Notes: generated by a model not told the origin, from the letters alone. Numbered from the stretch's first letter, positions 48,098 through 57,767 are shown. The stretch is DNA of 64,000 nt from Thermoplasmatales archaeon (GCA_041305025.1 JBFYMG010000053.1:308-64307); one strand, 5' to 3'. Program-made: numbers and translations.

Positions 48098-48679
48098 ATG
48101 AAAAAAAGTGCCTTAGTTTTGGATAAAGCAGGGCTAAGACGTAAAAATGACGCAGGAGATAAATCAGTTAATAATACTTTTTGTGAAACTCATGATTCAC
48201 TCATGAAAGGAACTCAAGCAGTAGTCACATATCCTGAACCAAAGATAGTCATGGATTTTAAAGAAAGACAAAAATTTTGTAAACATTGTGGTAAACCAAA
48301 ACCAAACGTGAATACTGTTGTATGTCCATACTGCAAATATGGTCTAACAAAAAATGGAAACTACAATAAAAGAGTGAAGTCAGTTTGGACACATGAGCCG
48401 TGGATACACTTCAAGGTTTTATCAAAAAGCAGGAAGATCATGGGTGATTATATTGCTCTTCATGGCTGGGTACCTCAAAATGAACTACCTGTACACCTCA
48501 GACACAAAATTCCTGAAAATGAAATTTGGATGAGAGCCAACGTCTATAATGATCCAATGAGGAGAAGGAGAATATTGACCCACGAGCATCACGAACTGGC
48601 TTTAATGGTAGGATATTCAATGAGCTATAAAGATGCACACAAAAGAGCGGAGTTTGTAGAGCACTTTTGGTTTTTATGA
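48098..48679 (+). CDS. Hypothetical protein with CxxC...CxxC zinc ribbon
   Basis: 193 aa. CKHCGKPKPNVNTVVCPYCKYG. His-rich C-terminal THEHHELAL. No family recognised. Confidence 0.4.
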   Translation: MKKSALVLDKAGLRRKNDAGDKSVNNTFCETHDSLMKGTQAVVTYPEPKIVMDFKERQKFCKHCGKPKPNVNTVVCPYCKYGLTKNGNYNKRVKSVWTHEPWIHFKVLSKSRKIMGDYIALHGWVPQNELPVHLRHKIPENEIWMRANVYNDPMRRRRILTHEHHELALMVGYSMSYKDAHKRAEFVEHFWFL

Positions 48680-49201
48680 TTTCGAATCGCTAGATTTAGT
48701 TTCTTTGTGACCCTTTTCCCTAACCATCCAAACGCTTTCTGGCGTAAAACCACATGACTTATAAAAGTTGATTGCCACATTTTTGTAGGCGGCACCCAAA
48801 CCTGCAAATTCAGCACCGTTACTAAATAATTCATCCAATAGTTTTTCCATTAATTTTTTGCCGGTACCGGTTTTTCTGTATTCGGGTGCTACACACAGTT
48901 CATCTATATAACCCACTTTTTCTACAACGTACACTTCCGCTTCGTCTCTTTTTGCCGTATGGCCCGTTATCATGCCGATTATTTTATCTTTATCTTCAGC
49001 AATAAAGAAAAACTCATCCTTGTTTTTCAAAAATTCTTTCTGGCGATTTACAATGTAATCTTTACATTTCTCTTTTGGCTTTAATGCATCAAGTCTCTCA
49101 TTGTAACCCATGTGCTCAAGTGATGAAATCCAATACAACTCAAAGAAAGCATCTAGATCTTTTTCTGTTCCTTTTCGGATAGTTGCTGAATTTTTTTCCA
49201 T
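48674..49201 (-). CDS. GNAT-family N-acetyltransferase
   Basis: The acetyl-CoA binding pattern is LCVAPEYRKTGTGKKLMEKL. The likely start is ATG 49201. The track start at 49237 is TTG. Confidence 0.8.
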   Translation of the reverse strand: MEKNSATIRKGTEKDLDAFFELYWISSLEHMGYNERLDALKPKEKCKDYIVNRQKEFLKNKDEFFFIAEDKDKIIGMITGHTAKRDEAEVYVVEKVGYIDELCVAPEYRKTGTGKKLMEKLLDELFSNGAEFAGLGAAYKNVAINFYKSCGFTPESVWMVREKGHKETKSSDSKS

Positions 49202-49320
49202 TTCAAATATGCTCCATATAACAGATAAAACTGACAATTACACCTTCCCGGCAAGTATGACCTTGCTTAATTAGTTTTCTGATATCCTTGAAATATGGAG
49301 AAAACAGGAGAGGATTTTGC

Positions 49321-50514
49321 CTATCGGCTCATCGCTCTCTTGAACATCGGTACTGCAATCAATAGAAGAATGACGCCGAATCCAACTAGTATGGTTATTT
49401 CTGTTGCTACTGAAGGAACATCAGCACCCAGCACCATCACTTTTCGTAGTGCGGTTGTTGCATATGTCAACGGCAGAAAATGTGCAAAAGTCTGCATGTA
49501 CCCAGGCATCTGTTGCAATGGGAAGAACACGCCGGAAAGAAACATCATCGGAAACATAAAAGTCATCATAACCATGGTGGCAGTTTCTTCATTCTCCGTA
49601 AAGGATGTTATCAAAATACCAAGACCGACAAAACTGAAGACAGTGAGAATAACAAGTGCAATTACAAGCAGGATATTTCCTTGTATAACAACACCAAATA
49701 GAATCACTGCCAGAAGAAGTATGATAAACCCTTGGGTCATGCCTCGAATAGTCTGAGCCATCACCTTTCCAAGTATAATCGACAGACGATTTATTGGAGC
49801 AGCAAGCATACCATCTAAAGTTCCGATGTCCTTTTCATAAGAAATTGCATGCGGCAGTCCAGTCATCAAAGCCATCATGACTACCATCGCTATTATTCCT
49901 GGAGCAACGAACTGGAAATAGTTGGCCTTCGCTTCCGGTACGGATCTAAGCTTAACATTGTAAGGTTTCACCATACTAGTTGCTTGAGTTGAAGAAACAT
50001 GGTAAGTGACATTGAGATTATAGATAGCTGCCTGTTCACCCATCATCTCAATCGTTTTCGAAAGCGCTGCTTGAATCATCACGGACATTTGAGGATTGGA
50101 TTGGTCGATGACAATCGTTATATCGCCCTGCATTCCAGAATTAAGATTCGTTGAGAAGTTCTCCGGTAGGATGATTCCTCCGCTGACTTCGCTGTTTTGG
50201 ATCTTGCTTTTTATTTCATCAAAATCTTTTGCGAAACTAAGGTCCATCATACCTGTTTTGTTATTCACCACACCAAGTTGTGCCACAAATGTGTTGCCCA
50301 GAAAAGTATTGTTGTAACCCGTATCCATGTTTGCAATTGCAATCGGCTGATTGCTAATCATAGAATCTCCAGATGGAAAAATAAAACCAACCATGACCAT
50401 CATAAATAGTGGCATTAGAACTAACATTACTAGTCGCAATTTACTTCTACCAAACTCCAGTAAATCTTTCCAGCAAATCCATAAACTATGATGCATTACA
50501 TTTCTTGCACTCAT
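49321..50514 (-). CDS. ABC-2 type exporter permease
   Basis: 397 aa. An N-terminal TM is followed by a large extracytoplasmic loop and 5 C-terminal TM segments, the typical ABC-2 layout. It sits downstream of the ABC ATPase. Confidence 0.8.
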   Translation of the reverse strand: MSARNVMHHSLWICWKDLLEFGRSKLRLVMLVLMPLFMMVMVGFIFPSGDSMISNQPIAIANMDTGYNNTFLGNTFVAQLGVVNNKTGMMDLSFAKDFDEIKSKIQNSEVSGGIILPENFSTNLNSGMQGDITIVIDQSNPQMSVMIQAALSKTIEMMGEQAAIYNLNVTYHVSSTQATSMVKPYNVKLRSVPEAKANYFQFVAPGIIAMVVMMALMTGLPHAISYEKDIGTLDGMLAAPINRLSIILGKVMAQTIRGMTQGFIILLLAVILFGVVIQGNILLVIALVILTVFSFVGLGILITSFTENEETATMVMMTFMFPMMFLSGVFFPLQQMPGYMQTFAHFLPLTYATTALRKVMVLGADVPSVATEITILVGFGVILLLIAVPMFKRAMSR

Positions 50515-50522
50515 ACTTTCAC

Positions 50523-51605
50523 CTATCTTATCCTCTTGGTTCTACGTCGTCCATGAGGCCCAAATCTGTGTTTATTGTTACTATTTTCAGATGCTTTCTC
50601 TATTGCCTCACGCCCAGTTAGATGCAAAAATACATCTTCGAGTGTTGGCTCAAGATTTTTCATCATTATTATTTTTGCACCATTTTTTCGCAAGTTATCA
50701 ATTATAACATCAAATGAATCGTTACCATTCGCGCGAACTGTCAGGTGCGTCGGATCTTCCTGGATAAGTGATTTCACGCAATCCAGAGATTGCAATGATG
50801 ACATCATACCGGGTTCCAGATTTGATATTTCGATTTCAAATGCTGATGTCTCTGTCCCAGACACGAGTTTTTTGAGATTTGCAGGTGTATCAAGAGCTAC
50901 GATTTTTCCATGATCAATAATGCCTATTCTTTCGCAAAGTATCTCAGCTTCAACCATGATGTGTGTAGTAAGAATTATAGTGGTTCCATTTTCGGCATTG
51001 ATTCTTCGGATAAGCTCCCTTATTTCTGCAGTAGATTGCGGGTCCAAACCAAGAGTTGGTTCATCGAGAAACAGAATTTTAGGTTGATTGACGAGCGCAC
51101 GGATGACATTAATTCGCTGTTTCATTCCTGTTGAGAAAGTATCTATCCTGTTATCTGTCCATTTTTCCATGCGTACAAAACTAAGCAATTCACCTATTCT
51201 CTTATTAAGAAGGTCTTTTGGAATATTGTATAGTTTCCCGAACAGCTTTAGGTTTTCTCTTGCAGTTAGTTGATCATACATGATCATTTTCTCGGATACG
51301 AGACCTATATGTTCCCTCACTTTGCCATCCTGTTTTACAATGTCATAACCAGCAACTTTTGCAGAACCTTTGGTGGGTCTACTTAGGGTGCACAACATCC
51401 TGATTATAGTGGATTTTCCAGCACCGTTTGGACCTAGCAAACCAAATATTTCTCCTTTTTTTACAGAAAATGAAACATCATCCACTGCGGCGAAATTCCC
51501 AAAATCTTTCTTGAGATGGGAGATTTCAATGGCAGAATCATTTGTTGAGGTAACTTTTTTTATAAGCTGGGGCGTATCGATTGTAGTTTCTTTCATAATG
51601 ATCAC
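50523..51605 (-). CDS. ABC transporter ATP-binding protein (ABC-2/daunorubicin-type)
   Basis: 360 aa. Walker A GPNGAGKST, signature FSTGMKQRI, Walker B LFLDEPTLGLD, and a C-terminal extension. Confidence 0.9.
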   Translation of the reverse strand: MIIMKETTIDTPQLIKKVTSTNDSAIEISHLKKDFGNFAAVDDVSFSVKKGEIFGLLGPNGAGKSTIIRMLCTLSRPTKGSAKVAGYDIVKQDGKVREHIGLVSEKMIMYDQLTARENLKLFGKLYNIPKDLLNKRIGELLSFVRMEKWTDNRIDTFSTGMKQRINVIRALVNQPKILFLDEPTLGLDPQSTAEIRELIRRINAENGTTIILTTHIMVEAEILCERIGIIDHGKIVALDTPANLKKLVSGTETSAFEIEISNLEPGMMSSLQSLDCVKSLIQEDPTHLTVRANGNDSFDVIIDNLRKNGAKIIMMKNLEPTLEDVFLHLTGREAIEKASENSNNKHRFGPHGRRRTKRIR

Positions 51606-51835
51606 TTTTGCTTTATTTTGGATTTCATCTGAATAATATTTTCGCTCATCATGTCTAGAAATTTGTTCATGGTATCTGGGTTGACTAAGTTAATGCGAGA
51701 TCCATGCGGATCTACAATAACTAAAAGCTTGTCACCTTTGTTTATTTTGAAATCCTTTCGTAATTTTACTGGCAGTACTATTTGTCCTTTTTCACCTACA
51801 GTTGTGCTGCCATAAAATTTCATTTCTTTTTTCAT
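51602..51835 (-). CDS. AbrB/SpoVT-family DNA-binding protein leading the ABC-2 operon
   Basis: 77 aa. TTVGEKGQIVLPVKLRKDFKINKGDKLLVIVD. There is a 4-nt overlap with the ATPase gene. Confidence 0.7.
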   Translation of the reverse strand: MKKEMKFYGSTTVGEKGQIVLPVKLRKDFKINKGDKLLVIVDPHGSRINLVNPDTMNKFLDMMSENIIQMKSKIKQK

Positions 51836-51957
51836 TGATATACCTCACTTAAGGTAGAGCGGTATGATATGATTGATATTTAAGTATTTTCATTAAAATC
51901 ATACAAATCATACAAAAATAAAATCGAGCCGAATACAACAAAAAGATTTTAAAATCC

Positions 51958-52920
51958 ATGTCCATGTTAAATGGGATGGAAGAGATAGCTTTACCAGACT
52001 GGTTCTACAAGGCTGCAGATGAAATTTATACAATGCACGTAAGAGGGGCAGGAAAGATTGCACGATTTGCTGCTGAAACAATAAACAATCTTGCTGACAG
52101 TTACAAAGGAAACAATCTAGACGAACTAAAAACGCTTTTAAAGGAAGGAACAAAAACTCTAGTTAAGACAAGACCCACAGCCATATCATTGAAAAATGCT
52201 TTACGATTGACTCTGCAAGAAACAAATGGAGATAATGTAAATGATTTCAAAAAGAGTGTAAGCAACGAAGCACAGAATTTCATTCAAAACTCGTTGAAAG
52301 CGATTACAGCAATCGGAATATACGGAGCAAAAAGAGTTAAAAATTCTGATGCCCTGCTAACACATTGTAACAGCTCCGCTGCACTCTCAGTAATTATTGA
52401 GGCTCACAAACAAGGAAAAAAGATTAGGACATTTGCTACTGAGTCCAGACCTTGGAATCAAGGTTTCTTAACAGTAAAAGACCTGTCCGAAAAAGGCGTT
52501 GATGTAACCTTGATTGTAGATTCTGCAGTACGTTATATAATTAAAGATGAAGATATCAATGCAGTTTTCGTAGGAGCAGATACAGTTTGTTCAAACGGCA
52601 CAGTAATCAATAAAATCGGGACCTCACAGATTGCTCTGATTGCTGACGAGGCAGGCATTCCTTTCCATGTCTGTGCAGAAACATACAAATTCTCGCCAGA
52701 TAGTTTGAAAGGCGAAATGGTTAAAATTGAAGAAAGGGATGCACGAGAAATCGCAGATCCTGAAAAATTCTCAAATGTTAAGTTTCGCAATCCTGTATTT
52801 GATGCAACACCTGAAGAGTATATTGATGCCATCATAACCGAAAAGGGAATAATTGCACCCTCGGCTGCATACGATTTAATAAAGAAGGAGTTTAAGGAGG
52901 AAAACGAATGGAATTTGTAG
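51958..52920 (+). CDS. Ribose-1,5-bisphosphate isomerase (eIF-2B alpha/beta/delta-like, e2b2 family)
   Basis: 320 aa. THCNSSAALSVI, ETRPWNQG-like ESRPWNQGF, VGADTVCSNGTVINKIGT. It is directly upstream of, and overlaps, the RuBisCO gene. Confidence 0.85.
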   Translation: MSMLNGMEEIALPDWFYKAADEIYTMHVRGAGKIARFAAETINNLADSYKGNNLDELKTLLKEGTKTLVKTRPTAISLKNALRLTLQETNGDNVNDFKKSVSNEAQNFIQNSLKAITAIGIYGAKRVKNSDALLTHCNSSAALSVIIEAHKQGKKIRTFATESRPWNQGFLTVKDLSEKGVDVTLIVDSAVRYIIKDEDINAVFVGADTVCSNGTVINKIGTSQIALIADEAGIPFHVCAETYKFSPDSLKGEMVKIEERDAREIADPEKFSNVKFRNPVFDATPEEYIDAIITEKGIIAPSAAYDLIKKEFKEENEWNL

Positions 52921-54095
52921 AGTGTGCCTATTATGTTGAAAGTACGCTTCCTATTGAAAGAGCTGCAAAGGCCATTGCAGCAGAGCAATCGACAGGAACT
53001 TGGACGGAGATTTCAACAAAGGGAAAAACAGTTGATGAAAAATTAGGAGCAAGAGTTCTTTCAATTAATGGTCCGATTGTAACAATTGGTTTTCCAGTTG
53101 AACTCTTTGAAATCGAAAATATTCCCCAATTTCTTGCTACCGTTGCCGGCAACCTCTTTGGCTTGGGGGCACTCACCAACGTTAGACTTATTGATATTAA
53201 ACTTCCAAAAAGTTTTGTGACGGAGTTCAAAGGCCCGCGGTTTGGTATAGATGGAGTACGTAAACTAGTTGGAACACAGAAAGATGGAAGAGCTCATGTA
53301 GGAACAATAATAAAACCAAAAGTAGGACTTAACCCAAAAGAAACTGCAGAGGTCGCTTATAATGCGGGAATAGGGGGATGCGATTTAATCAAAGATGATG
53401 AAACTCTGACTAATCAAACATTTTGTCCAATGCTAGAGAGACTTGATAGAGTCATGGAAAAGATTAACAGAATAAAAGAGGAAAGCAACAGGACTGTTCT
53501 ATATGCAGTAAATATTACAACTGGTGCAGAAGAAATACTTGAGCGGGCAGATCAAGTAATAGAACGTGGGGCAAATATGCTCATGATAGACGTTCTTACT
53601 GCTGGCTTTTCAGCACTTCAGGCTTTGAGAAATGATGAATCTATAAATCTTCCAATACATGTACATAGAACAATGCATGGTGCAATTACAAGAAATAAAA
53701 AACATGGGATAGCAATGCTTCCGTTGGCAATACTTGTCAGATTATGTGGTGGTGATCAACTACATACCGGCACAGCAAGAGGTAAAATGGAAAGCGATGT
53801 GACGGAAGTAAAAGAAATTGACAACTTTTTGAAAAGCGATTGGTATGGCTTTAAAAAAACTTTTCCTGTTGCTTCAGGTGGCCTTTATCCAGGTGTAGCA
53901 CATTATGAGATTGAAGCATTTGGAAACGACGTGATTTTACAAGCAGGCGGTGGCATTCATGGCCATCCAGATGGAACAATTGCAGGTGCCAAAGCAATGT
54001 GCCAGGCAGTAGATGCAGCAATGAAACATATTTCCTTGGAAAAATATGCAATAGATCATAAAGAACTTGCGCGAGCACTTGAAAAATGGGGATAA
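52908..54095 (+). CDS. rbcL: RuBisCO large subunit, form III-like (short, 395 aa)
   Basis: The catalytic set is present: STGTWT, GNLFG, IKPKVGL, GCDLIKDDET (the carbamylated Lys with Asp/Glu), HVHRTMHG, HTGTARGKME, VASGG, QAGGGIHGHPDG. Confidence 0.9.
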   Translation: MEFVECAYYVESTLPIERAAKAIAAEQSTGTWTEISTKGKTVDEKLGARVLSINGPIVTIGFPVELFEIENIPQFLATVAGNLFGLGALTNVRLIDIKLPKSFVTEFKGPRFGIDGVRKLVGTQKDGRAHVGTIIKPKVGLNPKETAEVAYNAGIGGCDLIKDDETLTNQTFCPMLERLDRVMEKINRIKEESNRTVLYAVNITTGAEEILERADQVIERGANMLMIDVLTAGFSALQALRNDESINLPIHVHRTMHGAITRNKKHGIAMLPLAILVRLCGGDQLHTGTARGKMESDVTEVKEIDNFLKSDWYGFKKTFPVASGGLYPGVAHYEIEAFGNDVILQAGGGIHGHPDGTIAGAKAMCQAVDAAMKHISLEKYAIDHKELARALEKWG

Positions 54096-54117
54096 GAAGT
54101 AAAGTGGAGTGAACTCT

Positions 54118-55644
54118 ATGGATAATAAAAATGAGTACAAAGTGAAGCGAATAGATATAACTCAAGGCGTGTACGAAATACTACTATGCCAAAATGATGC
54201 AGAAGATTTAGGTTTACATATTCATGACAGAGTAAAGGTAGTCAACGATAAAGGTAAGAGTCTATCTGCATTGGTTGACATCACTGATACTGTAGTATGC
54301 AATGGCGAAGTTGGAGCATTTGTTGAGTTGTGGAACGACCTTAATTTGAAAGATAGCACGACGGTCAATATTGTTCCTGCGTCCCGTCCTACATCAATAG
54401 ATTTCATCAGAAAAAAGATTTATGGCAATACCTGGACTCAGGAAGAAATCGACACCATCGTTGATGATATTGCATCAGGTAATCTTTCAGATATTGAACT
54501 TGCAGCCTACGCAACATCGATTCAGATAAACGGGATGAACATGGACGAAATCCATGGTCTAACTATGGCGATGGTCAGAACAGGCGAAACAATCGATTGG
54601 GACGTATCTCCCATTCTAGATGTTCACAGTATTGGAGGAGTACCTGGAAATAAATACGCACTGATCACAGTTCCAATTGTCGCTGCCAATGGTCTAATAA
54701 TACCAAAGACATCTTCAAGAGCAATAAGCTCGGCAGCAGGTACAGCAGACATAATGGAAGTTGTATGTAATGTAACATATGATGCACAATCAATTAAAAG
54801 GATTGCACAGGCTGTTGGAGGAACATTGGTATGGGGTGGCGGGGTAAATCTGGCACCAGTAGATGACGCCATCATCAAAGTGGAATATCCATTATCTTTA
54901 GATCCTCACGGACAAGTTTTAGCATCAGTCATGGCAAAGAAAAAATCCATCGGAGCGGAATACTGCGTCATCGACATTCCCATAGGCGAAGGAACAAAAG
55001 TACTAACTATCGAAAATGCAAGAAGCTTAGCAAGAGATTTTATAATACTTGGTGAGAAACTTGGTATACGAACACGTTGCGCTATTACATATGGAGGGCA
55101 ACCTGTTGGTAGAGCCATTGGCCCAGCTTTAGAAATTAAAGAAGTTTTATCGATACTTGAAGGGGCGGAAAAACCCAGTAGCGTCATTGAGAAATCATTG
55201 AGTATCGCAGGAATATTACTTGAACTAGGGGGGGCAGCAGCACCAAACAAAGGTGTGGAGCTTGCAAAGAAAACATTGAAATCAGGAAAAGCCTTGGAAA
55301 AATTCAGAGAAATAATTGGTGCCCAGGGTGGAAATCCGGATGTTAAATCTGAAGACATTATTCCCGGGAAATACACTTATGACCTGCCATCGCCAAAAGA
55401 TGGCTATATTGAGACGATAAATAACAGAGGAGTTATCAAGATTGCACGGGCCGCTGGATCTCCAAAAGACAAAGGTGCTGGAATTATATTAAAATTCAAG
55501 AAAGGAGAAAGAGCTGAAGCAGGACAACCTTTGTTCACAATTTATTCTGAGAACAAAAGAAAACTTGATGATGCAAAGACGCTTGCCGGTAAATTACAAC
55601 CAGTGAGAATTGAAGGAATGATACTTGGGGAAGTTGTAGAATAA
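54118..55644 (+). CDS. deoA: AMP phosphorylase (thymidine phosphorylase family, DeoA-type)
   Basis: About 508 aa, collinear with archaeal AMP phosphorylase: DVHSIGGVPGNK, PKTSSRAISSAAGTADIMEV, LVWGGGVNLAPVDD, ITYGGQPVGRAIGPALE. ATG 54118 is preferred over the track GTG at 54109. Confidence 0.9.
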   Translation: MDNKNEYKVKRIDITQGVYEILLCQNDAEDLGLHIHDRVKVVNDKGKSLSALVDITDTVVCNGEVGAFVELWNDLNLKDSTTVNIVPASRPTSIDFIRKKIYGNTWTQEEIDTIVDDIASGNLSDIELAAYATSIQINGMNMDEIHGLTMAMVRTGETIDWDVSPILDVHSIGGVPGNKYALITVPIVAANGLIIPKTSSRAISSAAGTADIMEVVCNVTYDAQSIKRIAQAVGGTLVWGGGVNLAPVDDAIIKVEYPLSLDPHGQVLASVMAKKKSIGAEYCVIDIPIGEGTKVLTIENARSLARDFIILGEKLGIRTRCAITYGGQPVGRAIGPALEIKEVLSILEGAEKPSSVIEKSLSIAGILLELGGAAAPNKGVELAKKTLKSGKALEKFREIIGAQGGNPDVKSEDIIPGKYTYDLPSPKDGYIETINNRGVIKIARAAGSPKDKGAGIILKFKKGERAEAGQPLFTIYSENKRKLDDAKTLAGKLQPVRIEGMILGEVVE

Positions 55645-55686
55645 AAATAGATTGCAGAAGAATAACAATTACGAATTCTTTATTCC

Positions 55687-56757
55687 TCAATCAACTTTTG
55701 GTGGTAACCATTCTTTTTTCTTGAATAGTTGATACATAAGATACGTGGCGAACACAGTTGATAATGTTAAGATTAATACGATCCAAGGCCACTCAATAAG
55801 ATCATTAATTTTTCCAATACCAAAGATTGTTGCCAATGTGTTTGGTACCAAACCTGCAGTTGCAAGTATTGCAAGCCATGTTGCAATAAATGCGAGACGG
55901 TTGTTGAGCATCTGCAGTTGGTTATTATATATGGTCTGCAGAACTTCCAATCCGGATGCAAGAACCTCACTCATGTGTTCACTTAGGGCAATTTGTCTGT
56001 TGATATCATCTCCCAATATTCCAATTCTCTGCAGAAGTTTTGGGTTGTCTGTGATTAATTCTGCGTCACCATACCGAAGTGAGTTTATGACCTCCCAAGA
56101 TGACCAGAGTGTGTTAAGGTAGGTGATGAGCGCATGTTTCATCTGATAAATATCGGCGCCGATTTTTGTTCGTGGTGCTTTTACATCGACCATGTATTTG
56201 CCGAGTTCATCGCCTTCCTCTTCAATCATTCTGAGACCTGCGAAATTTTTCTCGTCGTTTTCGTCGATGATTCTTGTAAGCAAAATTGTGAGTTTATCAT
56301 TCCAGGGTATATCGTGACGAATTTTTTTCATGAAAATATCGGCATATCGATAGATTTTCTCCAGACGTACAACATTTTTTGGATGAATGGTAACAATTAG
56401 ATTTTTCCTAACCAAGATAACCAGCGGATAAACGTTGACATCAAATTTCTCAACACGTACTGCGGGCAACATGATTCCTAGCTCGGTATCTAGATCTTCA
56501 TAGGCAGAATATCGACCTGAAAGGACGCTTGCAGTAAGTTGCAGGCTAAATTTTAGATATGAAGCAATCAAAAAACTATCCTCGTGGATATTTCCAACGG
56601 AGAAGTCCATCCATTCCAGCGAATCCTCTTTTAAAAGTTTTACTATCTCAGAAACGTCATCACTTTCGGCCTTTGTTGTAACACCCTTTGATGAGAGCGA
56701 AACGTAAAATGCATTTTTTTGCACATGCAGTTTCTCGTCTTCTCCCACATCACTCAC
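55687..56757 (-). CDS. CorA-family-like divalent cation transporter with a non-canonical pore motif
   Basis: 356 aa. A cytoplasmic domain is followed by two C-terminal TM segments. The position of the CorA YGMN signature reads FGIG (LATIFGIGKI). GTG start. Confidence 0.55.
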   Translation of the reverse strand: MSDVGEDEKLHVQKNAFYVSLSSKGVTTKAESDDVSEIVKLLKEDSLEWMDFSVGNIHEDSFLIASYLKFSLQLTASVLSGRYSAYEDLDTELGIMLPAVRVEKFDVNVYPLVILVRKNLIVTIHPKNVVRLEKIYRYADIFMKKIRHDIPWNDKLTILLTRIIDENDEKNFAGLRMIEEEGDELGKYMVDVKAPRTKIGADIYQMKHALITYLNTLWSSWEVINSLRYGDAELITDNPKLLQRIGILGDDINRQIALSEHMSEVLASGLEVLQTIYNNQLQMLNNRLAFIATWLAILATAGLVPNTLATIFGIGKINDLIEWPWIVLILTLSTVFATYLMYQLFKKKEWLPPKVD

Positions 56758-56972
56758 CCGTAAACCTATCTAGGTCGACCTGAATCTTTATACTATAATA
56801 TAAAGTTAGAGGTTTTGCACATCTATATGCATATCTAGCTAAAAGAAAACTATTTAGGTATCTTCCATATATAGGTTTGATAACACACTAGGACGGGAAA
56901 GAAGCTAGATTTGTAAAAATAGAATGTTCTATCAGAAATCTACATTCGCCGTGAATAGTAGGAGTGAGAAAC

Positions 56973-57245
56973 ATGATAAAAGCATACATACTGACAGAAA
57001 TGCAACCTGGCGATTATAACAAGGCTGTCAAAGAAATGAAGAAAATAGAAAATATCAAAAAAATATCCATTACTGCAGGGGATTACGATATAATCATAAG
57101 AGCAGAAGTCGGTCATATCAAGGACCTTCTGAAAATAACCAATAAGATACACATGATAGATGGTGTAAATAAAACAAAAACTCAAGTAATAGAAAAAGAA
57201 CTGGCAAATTCAGGTTTATACAAAGATATTTCTTCTAAGCGTTAG
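56973..57245 (+). CDS. Stand-alone Lrp/AsnC ligand-binding (RAM) domain protein
   Basis: MIKAYILTEMQPGDYNKAVKEMKKIENIKKISITAGDYDIIIRAEV...IDGVNKTKTQVI. GGAGTGA precedes ATG 56973. Confidence 0.7.
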   Translation: MIKAYILTEMQPGDYNKAVKEMKKIENIKKISITAGDYDIIIRAEVGHIKDLLKITNKIHMIDGVNKTKTQVIEKELANSGLYKDISSKR

Positions 57246-57416
57246 CGTTCTTTTTATTTTTCTAAAAATAGATTTTTAATTTCTTATTTTTCTTCTATAA
57301 AAACCAGTTTTTGGAAATAGTAGAAAAGCATATACGACTGAGTTATTTTTTAAAATTTGTGAATAAGAAAAGTATAAGTTCTTGAAAATGTTGTATAATA
57401 ATGGGGGACCATATAA

Positions 57417-57767
57417 ATGGAAGTTACTACTTGCCCGCAATGCGGTAGTAAAATAACATGCCCGGAAAATATAAGAGATGTAGTATTGAATGATTATACC
57501 CTGGAATATACATGCAAAGATTGCGGCTATAGCGGCATGCCCATTATATCCGAAAAATACGAGGGCATCTTTCAGGGATTAAAGCCACCTGTTCCCGGAT
57601 TTGTAGGTGTGTGGGAGATTAGTACACGCTTAAGTAATGGCGAAAAAAAAGTTTTGTCGGTGCTTTGGGATGATGCGCGAGACTGCATACAAACACTCCA
57701 AATAAAAAAAGGGGACAAAATAAAAGTCACGATCGATGAAAAAATATGGTGTATTGAAAAACTTTAA
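57417..57767 (+). CDS. Hypothetical zinc-ribbon protein
   Basis: 116 aa. CPQCGS...CKDCGYSG. No family recognised. Confidence 0.4.
   Translation: MEVTTCPQCGSKITCPENIRDVVLNDYTLEYTCKDCGYSGMPIISEKYEGIFQGLKPPVPGFVGVWEISTRLSNGEKKVLSVLWDDARDCIQTLQIKKGDKIKVTIDEKIWCIEKL

Noticed and set aside
48098-48679. HEHHE segment in the 193-aa Zn-ribbon protein as a metalloprotease HEXXH motif
   Set aside because: The spacing is wrong: the fifth residue is Glu, not His. No supporting third ligand motif is present.
51897-51914. Tandem 9-mer ATCATACAA x2 upstream of the RuBisCO operon, and small inverted repeats at 19706-19723, 56831-56850 and 55650-55680
   Set aside because: They are short AT-rich repeats in AT-rich promoter or terminator spacers. 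They are plausible regulatory or terminator elements but are not distinguishable from chance by eye.
52908-54095. RuBisCO-like protein (form IV), considered because of the short length
   Set aside because: The carbamylated-lysine KDDE motif, KPK, HVHR..H, GKME, SGG and GGG.HGHP are all present, so it is a bona fide carboxylase-type sequence.
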